Of a stretch of DNA of 64,000 nucleotides, positions 23,901-36,844 are shown piece by piece. The notes below the pieces were generated by a model. The model saw only the letters and a list, made by a program, of their open reading frames with translations, did no database searches and had not been told where the DNA came from. Origin of the DNA: Selaginella moellendorffii (Eukaryota; Plantae; Lycopodiophyta); NCBI RefSeq assembly GCF_000143415.4, contig NW_003314443.1, forward strand, positions 62,001 to 126,000, in the 5' to 3' direction. Numbering within the stretch: position 1 is the first letter of the stretch; every line of letters starts with the position of its first letter. The position numbers and the translations under genes were made by a program.

Positions 23901-26900
23901 CTATATCGCAACATAAACAACTTATCCTCCGTAAGGGTATGTCCAACTTCCCTATGCCATTAAAAAGACTTGGGTAGCTACCTTCTAGCTGTTTAACCAA
24001 TTATTTTGCACCTCTTGCTTAGTTGCCTCATAGTTGTCAAGTCCTACAACTCATTGCTGATGCTTCCACACCTCCATCATTATCTAGGTCACCACACTCC
24101 AACTGCATGCTCTGCCACTTAGCCTATGCCATTTCCATTTCCATTGGGATTCCTTTGGCAAGGGGTTCTCATGAACCCATCAACATAGCCTCAAGGTATT
24201 ACACCTTGGCCCATTTGGTGTCTCCACACCATTGGCTCCATGAGCCTACCTCTATGACACTTCTTCTTTGTGTTTAAGTCTTTGCCAAGACCAATACCGC
24301 TCTTTCTCATGCCAACCATCTGTTAGCACTGCACCATAGAGGTCACACACAACTTTGTGTCAAAGTTGTTTTCTTTTTGGGAACACCTTTCCCCTGACTT
24401 TAGCATGGCACATTTTGCTATCGATGAGATACCCTCTGTTCTCATCCTTGGATCCTATGATCCCCCCCCCCCATCCTTCGTGGGGTACAACACACCTCAG
24501 TGCAAATGCTTCTATCAATCCTTTTTAGGATCATTCCTTGACTCTACTTGAGTCATCCAGCAGTTTTGGACTTGGTTAATCCCCAGACCCGTAAGGTCTT
24601 ACTTGTGAGGCACTAGCTCACCGGAATACACTTCTTGCATTCCTGTCCTACTTCAAAGGACTATTTTCACAAGTGTTACTCTGACACTTGATTTTGTTCT
24701 CTGGGGCAACCTTTGCCCCTTGGGACTACTTGTCCATATGATGAGAATACCAACTCATCTCTAAGTACACCCCCCAACTCCTTGGGTTGTTCCAGCATTT
24801 ATTAAAGGTAGCCCCGGCTACCATTTCAAGGACTTGAGTCCTCTTCCGTATCTGACCTCCCACGGTTATTACTTCTGGTCTCACATTCATGAGCACTAAC
24901 CTCAACTATATGAGGATAATCTTGTGACTCTTTTATTGCTTTGGAGTCTTTATCTTTCCTGTGATCCTAACTATAGTTGTTTACCACAACTACATTGGCC
25001 ATTTACTGAGTCAAATGCTCATCTGGATCACATCCTCAACTCTCTGAGGAAAACCATATACTATTCCCAAGATCCCAAAGTCATTCCTTTACCAGCCCCT
25101 TTTCTATCCACCACATCGCCCAAGTTCACGTATGAACTTGAGTGGAGAGCCATGTCCTCTCGACATGCTACTCCTCAAGGATAGGCCCACTCCTAGGACC
25201 TTCCGATGCCAACATCAATGGTGATATACTTGAGCACCAATAAAAGTCAGACTAAGGAACAGCTCCGATACCAAATTGTAAGCGACTAAATTTTTCTATT
25301 CTACTTTAGTCACTTAACCACACTTCCGACCGCTTGGAGGAGTCTCATTCACAACCTCCATAAGTCCAATTCAGGACTTTGGACTTGCTAGCCCCAAGAA
25401 TGGCATCCATGCCACTCAACATTTGCATCTGGTCCAAGTGCTCCACGTGTCCGATCCCATGACCGACACTCAAAGGTACCACCGACATGGCAGCCTGTTA
25501 CGCTAGGGCCATGCCCAATCACCTTTGCCACACTGGTAGTCCAATACCACTTGCATCACAGTCTTGGCTCTCCAAGACTAGGCAAACCATCCGTGAGTGG
25601 TCATCTCAGATCCACTCCTTAGCATCCTTAGGATGCCCACCGACAAGAGGAATAGCCTTCCCCAATATCCCTTTGTCAGTCCCCACTAAGTCCCTTTCTG
25701 CCCCTGGCCGTGTTTGCCAACACTGCCACTGGATCGAGGCCCACAGGCCCGACCACTAAGTCCCACGGTCCTCTAGGACTCCCTCACCACACAACTGTGT
25801 CTTTGGTCACAACCCCAGAGGACTACTCCTCTACCTTTCCACAGTCTGGGCCTTTGGGATAACATTTCGGAACACCGTGGCCTTACGCGAGCCACCTAGG
25901 TACTCTCCCCGCCTTCCGCCCTTGGGTGCTCTAGCCATGGGCTTAGAGTGAGGTTCTGTTGAGCCACGCCTGGTATCCAAGTAGGTAGTGCCACCCACAC
26001 TTGGACTGGGAGTATCGGCTAGTTGATCTCCCGGGGGAACTAGAGCCGGCTCTTGAACACTTCACCAAGCTACCCCGCTTGTCGGTCCGTGTTCACTCTA
26101 GTCTTGGACTTCCCAGTGGTCAGCTCATCACCCAACACTGGGTCTGGCCTTCCTGGGCCAAACTAGCCTTTCCTGGCTAAACTAGCTCCACTGGGCTCCA
26201 ACCCCCACACTCTCCTTACTATACTTTTGGAACCCCCCGTAGCCCCCCCCTGGGGGATGATCGCTTTGGGCTTTCACCCAACTGCTTGTATTAGTATTCG
26301 GACTCGGTCTCGATCCCGGATTCGGATTCGGACTCGGTCTCGGTCTCGGTCTCGGTTCCATCTCGGACTCCATCTCGGACTCCACCTCGGGTCCATCTTG
26401 GACTCCATCTTGGTGTAATAAGTGTAATAATCACTTTTCTATATTAACTTTACACTCTATCCAACTTAATTGCTTTAGCCCCAAAAGTTAGTATCCCTTT
26501 CGAACCACATTATACAAACTACCTAACATAAGACTATAAAAGAAAGGCACAAAAGTCACCCTTCTTAAAAAAGTGTAATGGCCATTTTTTTACAACAACT
26601 ATAAACTCTAACCAATTCAATTGCCTTAACCCCAAAAGTCAGTATCCCTTTGGGTTGCATCATATAAACTACTTATTGAGGTTTAAGTTAAATGAAGTCA
26701 ACTCTAACCTTTTCACTAGTTAGTAATGGCTTTCAAAAACAAAATGGTTTTCAGGCAAAATGATTAATAGATCAGCCATTGGAAAAGTCTAAGAAACCTT
26801 GTGAAAAAATTTCTATCCTAGAGAAAGAATGACTTTCAGTTTAGAAATACAAACTTTCAAGACCCAACCAACTTCTTCCTACAAACAAGTTCACATAACT

Positions 26901-28247
26901 TCACTTTAATATAAATTCTCATAACCCAATAGTATACTTAAGCATTGAACATCATGCCCATATTTCCAAATCCAACACCATCCATAAAATGCAAAATAAA
27001 CATCCAAGACTCTATCACAAATACTATATTTTTGGATATTTACATTGTATTATTATTCTTCTTTAATTATCTTCAAGATCTAATGTAAAGCCAAAACACT
27101 AATAAAAAAAATGACATGAAAATTTAAAGTATAAAGAAAATTCCTTATCACTCAAAATAACAATGCCACTTCCACTAACACAAGTGCTAATAATGTCAAT
27201 GCCTCAACTTTACACTTTCTTCATCTAACAATTTACTCCAAGTGTTAATGAATAAACTAATAAGCCATAGCAAATGAATATTACAACTTTTTTCATCACA
27301 TTATGGGCAAACTCTCAAAGAAACAAAATACCAACTTAAACTTATCATAATGGACCACCATTAAGAACCAAGTCAGAGCTACTTCAATGTTACTACTTAC
27401 AAGTAAAATAACTTCTCCATTAATCACTTTGGGGTTGATTATAGTTTAACCAAATAACTTTGTAAACACATTATTTACTATCATATGGATATGATAAAAA
27501 ATCACAATGACTTGATCATTAATTGAGCAATACCATAAGTAAGCCCACATTATTAATTCAAAAGTTTACGCATGTATCAAATGCCAACTCTATTCAATAA
27601 AATGCAACATAAAAGCCACACCCCATTGATAAAGATTTACAATACTAAATACCACCAACTTTGTTCATAACATATACAAGCTCATGCCACTCTCTTTCTG
27701 ACAAAACTTAAAACTAGTCTAACACCAAGCTATTCAAAGAATAATAGCAAAGTTTCTTAAAAAAAATTAAGTATTATAACCTAAGTTTTCAATAGCAAGC
27801 CTAGATAAAATGGTTTAGCACTTCACTACTATCTATCCCATGACTTACCACTTGTAAGACTATCATAACTAACATGCATCAAAATAAGGACTTTTGGTTA
27901 CATAATGTGAACATAAATAATGAGTTAACACCTTGTTGCAAATCATTTTTCCAAGAAGAAAAAATTATTTACATGTTTGATCCTTCATCCTTAATATCTC
28001 TTTTTTCAGTCTCATCTTGACTAAACCTCAAACTTACATTCATATTACCTTTAATCCAATCCAAGAAAAGTTTATGAGAGAGCATGATAATAACTACTTG
28101 AACCAATAAACTAATCCCTACAATCTTGATTGATCCACTTTTAATCATTCCTAGGAAGGTTTCACTAGTACCATGCTAAACAATTACAGACTAACTTATT
28201 CACCACTTATAACAAACCTAGAGAAGGTTTATTTTTACCTATGGTAC

Positions 28248-28950
28248 TGTGAGACATAAATCCTTAAGCCCTAAAATGGAGCCGAAAGGGTGCTATATGG
28301 TAGTGATCGAAGTGGAAGTTCAAGAAGCATAACATGTTTGGACCAAAAACTTTGACTTGGAAAGTCAAGAGTGGGAATGAAACTCTGAACAAAGTGTTCA
28401 AGGAATGAGCACAAAATAATTGGTGAATGAGTCTTTAAACATTAACATAAAAAAGACTGACACATGGTAAGTGTTGTGACACATGGAAGTGTTATGAATG
28501 AGACTGACAAATAGTAAGTGTTATGACACATAAAAGTGTTATGAACGAGTCCGAGAAAGAATCTGAAAAGAAGTCCAAGATAGACTCTAAGAAGGAGTCC
28601 ACTATAGACCCGAGATGGATTTGAGTGTAAGCTTTTGAATTTAGACTTCCCAAGAGGTCACCCAGCTCAGTACTATTTAAACCCAAGGATGCTTAACCCT
28701 AAATATCCCAAGACCTTTAACCAATTGGAAAATAGGGTGCACTTTTGTTCATAGGCCCTTTCCCTTTATATTTGAACCCCTATGGATCGTCTTTCAAGTC
28801 GTTCCCTTTAGTTGCTTACACTGAGATGGAGTCCAAGATGGAGTTTGAGATGGACTTGAGTTAGAGTCCAAAGTCGAGGTTGAGAAAGAGACTGAGATTG
28901 AGACTAAGATTGAAATCGAAACCAAGACCGAGACCAAAACCAAGGCCAAA
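28248..28950 (+). mobile_element. Decayed LTR fragment related to the 19165-21170 LTR, opposite orientation
   Basis: TGTGAGACATAAATCC...GGAGCCGAAAGGGTG is the reverse complement of the LTR end at 21170 and continues into degraded GAGATGGAGTCC repeats. Confidence 0.75.
28626..28820 (-). mobile_element. Cassandra-like (5S rRNA-containing) TRIM solo LTR, 195 bp
   Basis: Termini TGTAAGC...GCTTACA. 5-bp TSD TTGAG/CTGAG (one mismatch). 28644-28697 on - reads GTTAAGCATCCTTGGGTTTAAATAGTACTGAGCTGGGTGACCTCTTGGGAAGTC, matching the plant 5S rRNA internal control region. Confidence 0.85.
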
Positions 28951-28961
28951 ACTTAATAAAA

Positions 28962-29431
28962 ATGAAATGGTGCTAGATTGCAAATTTGGATACGAGACCA
29001 ACACCATCGTGTTCAGGACAATCTTTACATTCCGTAAATATATAAAATTTACAAATTTAGAAACTTTCTATAAATAGTAATTAGGATAAAATAGGACTAA
29101 CACATAAGGTATGATAGCGAAGGTGTTTAGTAAATATGATAAGCTAGCATTTGGTGATATTAAAAGATTAGTCTCAATATACGAGGGTTCTTGTCAAGCC
29201 AATGCAAGACAGAGCAAAAGAGAACTAAAAGCCAAACCAAGTATACTCAACAAGAAACACATAGGAATTCCTACTTTATGTTCATTTGGCTAAGTACAGA
29301 TGCTAAACCAATTTACTAACACTTAAACAAGAAGGGCTGAAAAGATAATCAACAATACCGATCTATTGCCGTTGTGGCAATAAGGAAAAAATATCCAAAA
29401 AGAGTAATTGACAAATAACTTTTGATACCCA
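28962..29431 (-). mobile_element. LTR fragment, family A
   Basis: Homologous to 51440-51920 and 61663-62145 (ATGG.GCTAGATTGCAAATTTGGA...TTTGATAC). Confidence 0.85.
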
Positions 29432-29466
29432 CAATCGCCTCGGTCACTGCCAAGTAAAATCTTAGT

Positions 29467-29931
29467 CTAGTTGTGAAAGGTTTCCATCTGTTGATCTGCT
29501 GGTGCTATGTGATACTGGACTCCAAACATCTCGGAGACTGCAAGCATGCTGCTGGCTAGAAAAATTTGCATTTGACCTCTTGTATACATTACTAAGGTTC
29601 GGATGATTGCTTTGATAACAAGGCCCCTCATGCTGATGGTGTTACCTGGATTGACATGGCAGAAATCCAGATTGGGGCCTGTATGAAAAGCTACGATAGC
29701 AATGTCGATCACTACATTGTTTGTCACAGTGACTTGATTGATATAAACTGCCCCACTCTCATAGTAAGTATTGTCATCGAAAATGTCTGCAAGTGCAATC
29801 ACCGTATCTAGAATAATATTGGCATCGGCTGCTGTTATAGCATTGCGCTTGTCAGAGAATTCCCAACGCATGGCTTGAACAACACTAATATAAAAAAGGA
29901 GTGCTGAAAAACATTCAATAAGAGGATACAT
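29467..29931 (-). CDS. Hypothetical small secreted protein (154 aa, intronless)
   Basis: ATG start. Hydrophobic N-terminus with VQA|M cleavage-like site. Only long ORF in an AT-rich flank. Confidence 0.55.
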   Translation of the reverse strand: MYPLIECFSALLFYISVVQAMRWEFSDKRNAITAADANIILDTVIALADIFDDNTYYESGAVYINQVTVTNNVVIDIAIVAFHTGPNLDFCHVNPGNTISMRGLVIKAIIRTLVMYTRGQMQIFLASSMLAVSEMFGVQYHIAPADQQMETFHN

Positions 29932-30229
29932 TTAGAATGATTTTTCTAGAAACAATCAAAAAGAAAAACTCTTTCTTGTTATAATGATAAATTACTAATT
30001 TATATTGCAACCGTCAACAATTATTGATCAGTAGAAAAAAAAAACGTTAATAGTAAAAAAATAGTAAATTTAAAAAAGAAACTTAAGAATCCTCAAGGGA
30101 TTGCTTTGAATCTTTTAAGAGATGCTAGAATATACCACAAAACAAAGAGAATAAAAGTGATTCTAGAATATACTATCAAGTGACCGTACAAGAAGCATAT
30201 TCGCAAGAGCAGGGTTTAGAGGAGAGCTA

Positions 30230-32070
30230 ATGGAAGAAGAGTTGCCGCGCCAATAGGTCATCACCGTTCATTTCTCTGCGCTCCACAGCCGCGGCGTCTC
30301 GGGCGGAAGATCGGCAACAGCATGCGCCATAATGTAGTGACGATCGACTTCTCGGAGCTCCAGGTGAGATTTCCTGCCTCGGATCGAATGAGCGATCGAT
30401 TCTTGTTGTAGAATGAAGCTGTGGATTTTTCTGAGGAGCTCGAGGCGGGATTTGGAGCTCAAGGACTGGGAATTATTGCCGTTTCGAACGTAAGCTTTGA
30501 ATGGAATTTTACTTCACGAGCATTCTTTTTGTGTTTTTGTCAGGTTCCGGGATTCACTGAAATGCGGAGTAATCTGTTAAATCTTGCGCAGAGGTATCGA
30601 GTATAGTCTCTTCTTACTCAATGTTTTCGATTTTTCTGTGCAGCCTTTCTTCTCTTCCCGAAAATGCTCTCAAGGAGCTAGAAGATCCAGCAAGCAGGTA
30701 ACTCAAAAGTTTCTAGCTAGAACTTCCGTATAAGCGTCTCGCAGATTTTCTTTTGGTTGGAGCCACGGAAAAGAGTTCCTAGAATCCGGCCAACCTGGTA
30801 CGTATTCGTTCGTAACGGTTTTTTTTCCTTCTTTCGAGTTCATATGTTCCTTCTGGTTTAGATGAGCTTAAAGCTTCGTTTTATGCGAATCCAATCGTGG
30901 ACAGACCGACCGATGACCCAGCTCTCATAGAAAGGTTTGTTTACTTCCTTCTCACAAATTTTAATCGGTCTCAATGGACGCAGGTATCCATCTTATTGTC
31001 GAGCGAACTTATGGCCCGGAAAGGAGTTACCTGACCTTGAATCAAGTACATCTCTGTTTTCTCTTTACGTGGATGATGTTTTCTTCTATCACTTTGCAGG
31101 TTTTAAGAAACTCGGAAGTCTGATTGTGAAGGTTGGCCTGCAGCTCGCAGCTCACTGCGACAAACATGGTTGAGATCCTTTTCCTGTTCGTCTTCTCTAA
31201 TTTCCTGTCCCTTCAGTGTCTCGCAAGGGCGGTGATGCAAGGCTCACGGACATGCTCAAGAACTCTTTGTGCCACAAAGGCCGTCTGCTCCATTATTACC
31301 CAAGGTTTCGTTGCTCCTCCTGCTGTAAATTTCTATAAGCTTCTTGCAGCAAATGCTCAGGCACAAAGTCATCGTCGTGGTGTGGCTGGCACGTCGATCA
31401 CGGATCTCTTACAGGCACGTTTTCAAATTACGCGGTGCGCTTTTGTCGAACTTAACATTTGTTTTTGGTGCGTTAAAGGATTGACCTGTGCAATGTACAC
31501 AAGAGAAGGAAGGGAAATAGACTGTCCTGATTCTGAAGCAGGGCTTTATGTTAGGACTCGGTCTGGTGCCATTGTCAAGGTAAACGAAGTGCTCGTCCAT
31601 ACGGATCAAAGTGTTTAAAGTGTCTTCGTGTAGGCAACTTTCGGAAAGGATGACATTGCTTACCAGGTAGGAGAAGCGACGGAGCTAATGTCGAATGGTG
31701 CATTTCACGCGACACCACACTGTGTTCGAGTAACGTGTCTTTTACTTCTTTTGTGTCCTCTTTCGTAACAATGTCTACACAGACGGCTCAAGACGATCCA
31801 CTTGTGGAAAGGAACACGTTTGCAGTGTTTATGCAACCTCACTGGTAACTCTCTCACTTTCGTAAATCGGCACGTAACTTGGTTCGCGCAGGGACGAAGA
31901 ACTTGTTTCGCGAGATAGGAAAACAGTTTCGTTTGGAGATTTCTCCGAGTCCCTGCTTTCCACCTATTACGGAACAGCAGCATCTTCACGAGTCACCTTG
32001 TAAAACTCGGCGTTCCTTCAAAAACTACTGTGCTTGCGCGACTTTCCAGACTCGCTATCCACAAATGTAA
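30230..32070 (+). CDS. 2-oxoglutarate/Fe(II)-dependent oxygenase superfamily protein (multi-exon)
   Basis: Exon pieces LEAGFGAQGLGIIAVSNVPGF, FGWSHGKE, KASFYANP, GRLLHYYP, WCGWHVDHGSLTGLTC (HxD), YQVGEATELMSNGAFHATPHCVR (distal His), RNTFAVFMQP. Short GT-AG introns. Exact 3' exon uncertain. Confidence 0.85.
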
Positions 32071-32187
32071 AGGGTTGCTAATCTTGGAGCAGCGCCTTCA
32101 TCCGGTTGGGCAAGGTAACGGCTCTGACCCGACTCTTTGTTACGCTTTAAGCGCGAGGGCAAAGAAACAGATCACCGACTCGAAAAG

Positions 32188-34991
32188 ATGGAGGCCGGAC
32201 AAGTCAGCTCTGCGGCAACTCGAAGAGCTCTGGTTCTCACAGGCCATCTCAAAGAGATCGACAAAGGGTCTTCGTTGGTGGTGCGCCAGCCGTGCCTGGA
32301 GTACTCCCCTCCGGAGCTCAATTCAGGTACTTTTTTTTCCTTTGGGTTCTTGAATTTCCTTTTCATGTTTTGATCTTCCAGGAGAGCCCGCATTTGATAT
32401 CGAGTTGATGCAGGGATTGCTGGACGGACACGATGCTCAAACCCGCACTTTTATCTTCAATCTCATGTCTGAGAGCGATTTGTTCGTTTCCAGGAGAGTG
32501 GGTCGACGGGTTTTCTTGGGAGCTGATTACAATCAACCCATGGAAGTCCAGAGGGAGCTGACCATGAAGAGAATTCAGTATTTTCTTGACAGGGGTGTGT
32601 TTCGTGGATGGCTTACAGACGATCGGCCACAGTCCGCGCTCCGTATGGCTGCTATGTTCGAGTACATCGGCCTGTTTGATCATTCACTGGCAATTAAGCT
32701 CGGTGTTCACTTCCACTTGTGGTATGCTCTCAGCATTTCTTTTTAGTTTCATGTGAGCTTGAGATTTGTGCATAGGGGGGGATCAGTGAAGTACCTTGGT
32801 TCCAAGAGGCATCACGATAAGTGGTTGATGCCAACGGAGGAATTCTCTGTCATAGGCTGCTTTGCAATGACTGAACTCGGGCATGGAAGCAATGTTCGTA
32901 GCTTCTTTTCTCTTTTTTGTTTTCTTTGTGCTTGAGTGGTTTATGATCTTTTCAGGTCCGAGGGATTGAAACTATAACTGTGTACGATCCATCAACACAG
33001 GAGTTTGTTATCAACACTCCATGCGAGTCTGCTCAGAAATACTGGATAGGAGGAGCGGCAATGGTAAAAAGCATCACTGTTTTTTTATTTTCGGCAACTG
33101 ACAAATCCTGTGTTTGTTTCCAGCACGCTACTCATACAGTGGTCTTCTCTCAGCTGCATATGAATGGAAAGAACGAGGGAGTGCACGCATTTATTGCTGA
33201 AATAAGGAGTCCGGATGGCCGAATTTGTCCTGGTGTGCGTATTGCCGATTGTGGCCACAAGATCGGACTGAACGGGGTGGACAATGGCCGCATCTGGTAT
33301 TGTTTTTCCAACTTGCAAAGTTTAGAAGATGAACTCAAAACTTTTTGTTTTTGTCCAGGTTTGATAATAAACGCGTACCTCGTGAAAACTTGCTCAACTC
33401 CGTAGCCGATGTAACACCAGATGGTCGGTACGTGAGTAATATAACAGATGCAGATCAGGTAAGGTTTTTTGTTCTCTGAGCTGTTACTTTTCTTATCTTC
33501 CTGTGATATTATTCAGAGGTTTGGTGCTTTCATGGCTCCTCTAACGTCTGGACGTGTTACCATTGCTGTCAGTGCTGTTTATCAATCAAAGGTTTGCCAC
33601 TTGTATACTTTAGCTTCTTTTTTTTCATAGAGCTGATTTAAGGTTGGCCTTGCAACGGCTTTGCGCTATGCTCTTTCGAGGCGAGCATTTTCTCTTTCTC
33701 CCAATGAACCAGAAGTGTTACTTTTGGACTATCCCAGCCATCAGCACCGTTTGATACCTTTACTGGCTAAATCGTATGCGTATTGTTTTGCTTCGTAAGT
33801 TTTGAACTGACTGATACTTTGCAGATATGCCATGAGTTTTGCTGCCTGTGATTTGAAGCGCATCTATTACAACAGAAAACCCGAGCACGCGAAGATTATT
33901 CACGTACTTTCAAGTGGTTACAAGGCAATGTTCTCCTGGCACAACCTCAAAACACTGCAGGTAACCCCAGATGTGTTCGACATGAGCTTGTAATGAATTC
34001 CTCTGCTTTAGGAATGTCGTGAAGCCTGTGGCGGACAAGGTTTAAAATCTGAGAACAAAGTCGGGCAGCTCAAAGCAGAATACGATGTGCAACTGACGTT
34101 TGAGGGCGACAACAACGTTTTGATGCAGCAGGTACTGTTGTCGTAAGTTTGCCTTCGAATTACTTTTCGTTCCTCAGGTCAGTAAAGCGCTGCTTGGAGA
34201 TTTTTTCACGTCGCAAAAGAAGCAACAGCCTATGAAAGGCCTCGGCTTAGAACATATGAATGAACCACCTCCGACAATTGGGACCAATGCCAACGTCAGG
34301 GACGTAAAGTTTCAGGTACACCATCATGTCGGTCGTTTTGTTACTGACCTCCGCCTTGCAGCTCGCTTTGTTTCGGCTTCGTGAAAGAGATCTGCTAGTA
34401 AAACTTGCACAGCAAGTGCGTGAACTCGTGTCCAAAGGATCAACCATGGCGAATGCAACGCTTGCGGTGAGTCTAACCGCGCCGATTGCTACGTTTTTGT
34501 AAGCTAACCTTCTTTCGCTTTCAGAGTTATCAATTGGCTGAGGACTTGGGACGTGCCTTCTCTGAGCGTTCGGTTTTGGAAAGCATTCTAAGCGTAGAAA
34601 ACTCTCTCGCCCCAAGCCCTGAGAAGGTACCAGTGTTTTCAGAATCTTGCGAAATAACAAGCCATCCTTTCGAACAGACAATTCTGGGCTTGTTGCGCTC
34701 ATTATTTGTAGCTACGACAGTGGACGAAGATCCAGTATTTCTCAGGTAAGCGCTTCCTGTTTTATGGCATTCGCTAAAGCAACGCTACGACGTTGTTCAT
34801 CCAGGCATTCATACTTGAGCCCGGATCAGGCATTGTCGATACAAAAAGAAGTTGCGAGCTTGTGTCGCGAGATCCGACCCTTCATTCTCAGCTTGGTGGA
34901 CGCATTTGGAATCCCAGCACCGTTTCTTGGGCCCATAGCGTTTGATTGGATCGCAGCGAATTCCTGGGACCTGGAAGAAGCAAGAAGCTAG
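32188..34991 (+). CDS. ACX3: Peroxisomal acyl-CoA oxidase, ACX3-like (multi-exon)
   Basis: N-terminal PTS2-like RALVLTGHL. Motifs DHSLAIKLGVHFHLW, GCFAMTELGHGSNV, ESAQKYWIGGA, DCGHKIGLNGVDNGRIW, ECREACGGQG, TFEGDNNVLMQQ, LVDAFGIP..FLGPIAFDWIAANSW. Stop at 34989-34991. Confidence 0.93.
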
Positions 34992-35049
34992 AGTAACCTT
35001 TTCTCTATTTCCATTTGAAAACCAAAGCTAAGAGCTTTCCCCAAAAACT

Positions 35050-35898
35050 TAGTGGCGACAAAGTTGGCATAGGGCTTGATGGATTGGGAACAGGTTATTC
35101 GGAGCCTGCAAGCGGACGGAAGCTTCTTCGGTCGGCAGGCAGAGCTGAGGGCATTGCTGGAGCGCTTCCTCTGTGTGTGACTGTCGTTATTGGGCCTGAC
35201 GATTGTGGGAAAACCAAGCGGCTCAAGCGGCTCAAGGAGATTTGGCTTTCGAATGAGGAATTGGCGGCTACTTGTCCAGTGTTTTACTTCGACCTGAGGG
35301 TTCAGTTGTGGAGCACGCCTCAGGATGCAGCGGATCATTTGTATAGAGAGTACAAGACATGGGCTGAAAAGGTGACGCAGAGGAAAGTTGCCGGTGTGGA
35401 CATAGCGCTCAAAGGTTTCTCGAACACGGACTCGAGCGATTTTGGCCAAGGTAATGGACATTTATGCAGTATCCTATGCTTCTTAAGTGGTGCGCCCGGG
35501 CCAAATTTCTCAATGCCTTAACCTGGAAGGAAGCAGCGAATGCTCTTATGAGCCAGAGCCTATGTAGAGTGAAACTGGGTTTGGCAGCTACCAAGGCGGC
35601 CATGGGCTTCTCCGGGCATAAGTATGAATTGATCTGCGCAAAAATAGTGCAATGTGGGTATGTAAGCCTCAAAGATGTGCTTGCTGAAATCTACGACAGG
35701 GACAAAGCAGAGTGCAAGGACGAGATGCTCAAAGCCATCCACATACGCTATGTGACGGCAAAGACATCTTATGGGGATGTGAGCCTGTCTGAAATTGATG
35801 ATGCTGGTGGTGAGGTTGACCTCGTCATGGCCCGCTCTCCTGCCCAACGAGCAGCTATGAAAGAGTTAATGTTTCATTCCAAGTCAGGAAAAGTGTGA
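35050..35898 (+). pseudogene. P-loop NTPase-like gene remnant
   Basis: Walker A-like VVIGPDDCGKT and VFYFDLR in ORF 35015-35521, continuing in a different frame in 35464-35898. No clear ATG. Confidence 0.45.
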
Positions 35899-36029
35899 TC
35901 CGCGCGTCCTGGCCTAGAGTCGAGATAGCAAAAATATTTTCAGATTGCAGCCAGTCCTAGCTCATTCTTCCTTCTGGTTTCGATAGCCTCGTTAAAATTC
36001 AAATCGTTTGTTTACTTCTTTTGCATGCA

Positions 36030-36760
36030 CATCGTTCAGTGTCCCTTCAGTGTTTCGCAAGGGTGGTAGGCTCTCAACAGCAGTTAAACCCAACGTTTCT
36101 CCGAAATAAGGAAAGTAGAAGAACGTCCCCAATGCTGAAGCAGGGAGGAACAGGGCCTATCTCATTTTGGAGCTCCACACTTTATTTGCGCGAATTCTGC
36201 AGGGACGAAGAACTTGTTTCGCGAGTTCATGCTTTTACCAAATACTACAGACAGCAGCATGGGTCACACTACGAGGTACTTCATCTTTCCGTTTTCATGT
36301 TTCACGAGGAGAAACTTCACTTTCACTTCGGAGCTGATAAGAATCATCCAATGTCCGGAGAGTTTGAGTTTCAGGTCTGTTTTGTTACTGATCTGTGGTC
36401 CATTTGTTCTGCAAATGGTGAGTCTAATCTCTATACTAGCTAAGTTTTTCTGAGTGAAGTTCCTTTCTCTATCAGAGTATGAATGAGCTGAGGACTTGGG
36501 GGCCGTTCTCTGAGCATTCTCCAATGTCAGAATCTAAACTGATTGTTTGTGAAATAACAAGCCATCTTTTCGAGCAGACAATTCTCGTCATTTGCAGCTG
36601 TGACAGTGGACGAAGATCCAGTTTTTCTCAGCTAAGCGTTTTGGCAAGGTAAAGCTTTCATACTTGCAGCCTGGTCGACGCAACTGGCATCGTTTCTTGG
36701 ATCGATAGCGTTTTGATTGGATCGCAGCGAACTCCTCGCAGCTCGCAGGAAGAAGCAAGC
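36030..36760 (+). pseudogene. Decayed, heavily deleted duplicate of the 2OG-oxygenase and ACX genes
   Basis: Ordered short matches: ~36040 to 31208, ~36199 to 31888, ~36470 to 34521, ~36550 to 34651, ~36602 to 34716, ~36704 to 34935. Confidence 0.7.
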
Positions 36761-36844
36761 GCGAGAGAGAACTCTTTCTCTCTTAGGCCTAAAGCCAAAG
36801 AAAGTGAATAGCGAATAATAAACTAGACTCGTCAATTTTTAGGG

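Larger units (their letters stand above)
19165..26412 (-). mobile_element. Second Gypsy-like element: 3' LTR ~19165-21170, degenerate internal region, PBS, truncated 5' LTR 25277-~26412
   Basis: LTRs near-identical over 19177-20300 vs 25300-26400. PPT ACTCCACCACCCAT at 21171. PBS TGGTATCGGAGCT (tRNA-iMet type) at 25261-25273 next to the TG end at 25277. No long internal ORF. Confidence 0.85.

Noticed and set aside
28644-28697. Functional 5S rRNA gene
   Set aside because: Only ~54 nt of the internal region, with mismatches, bounded by LTR termini and a TSD.
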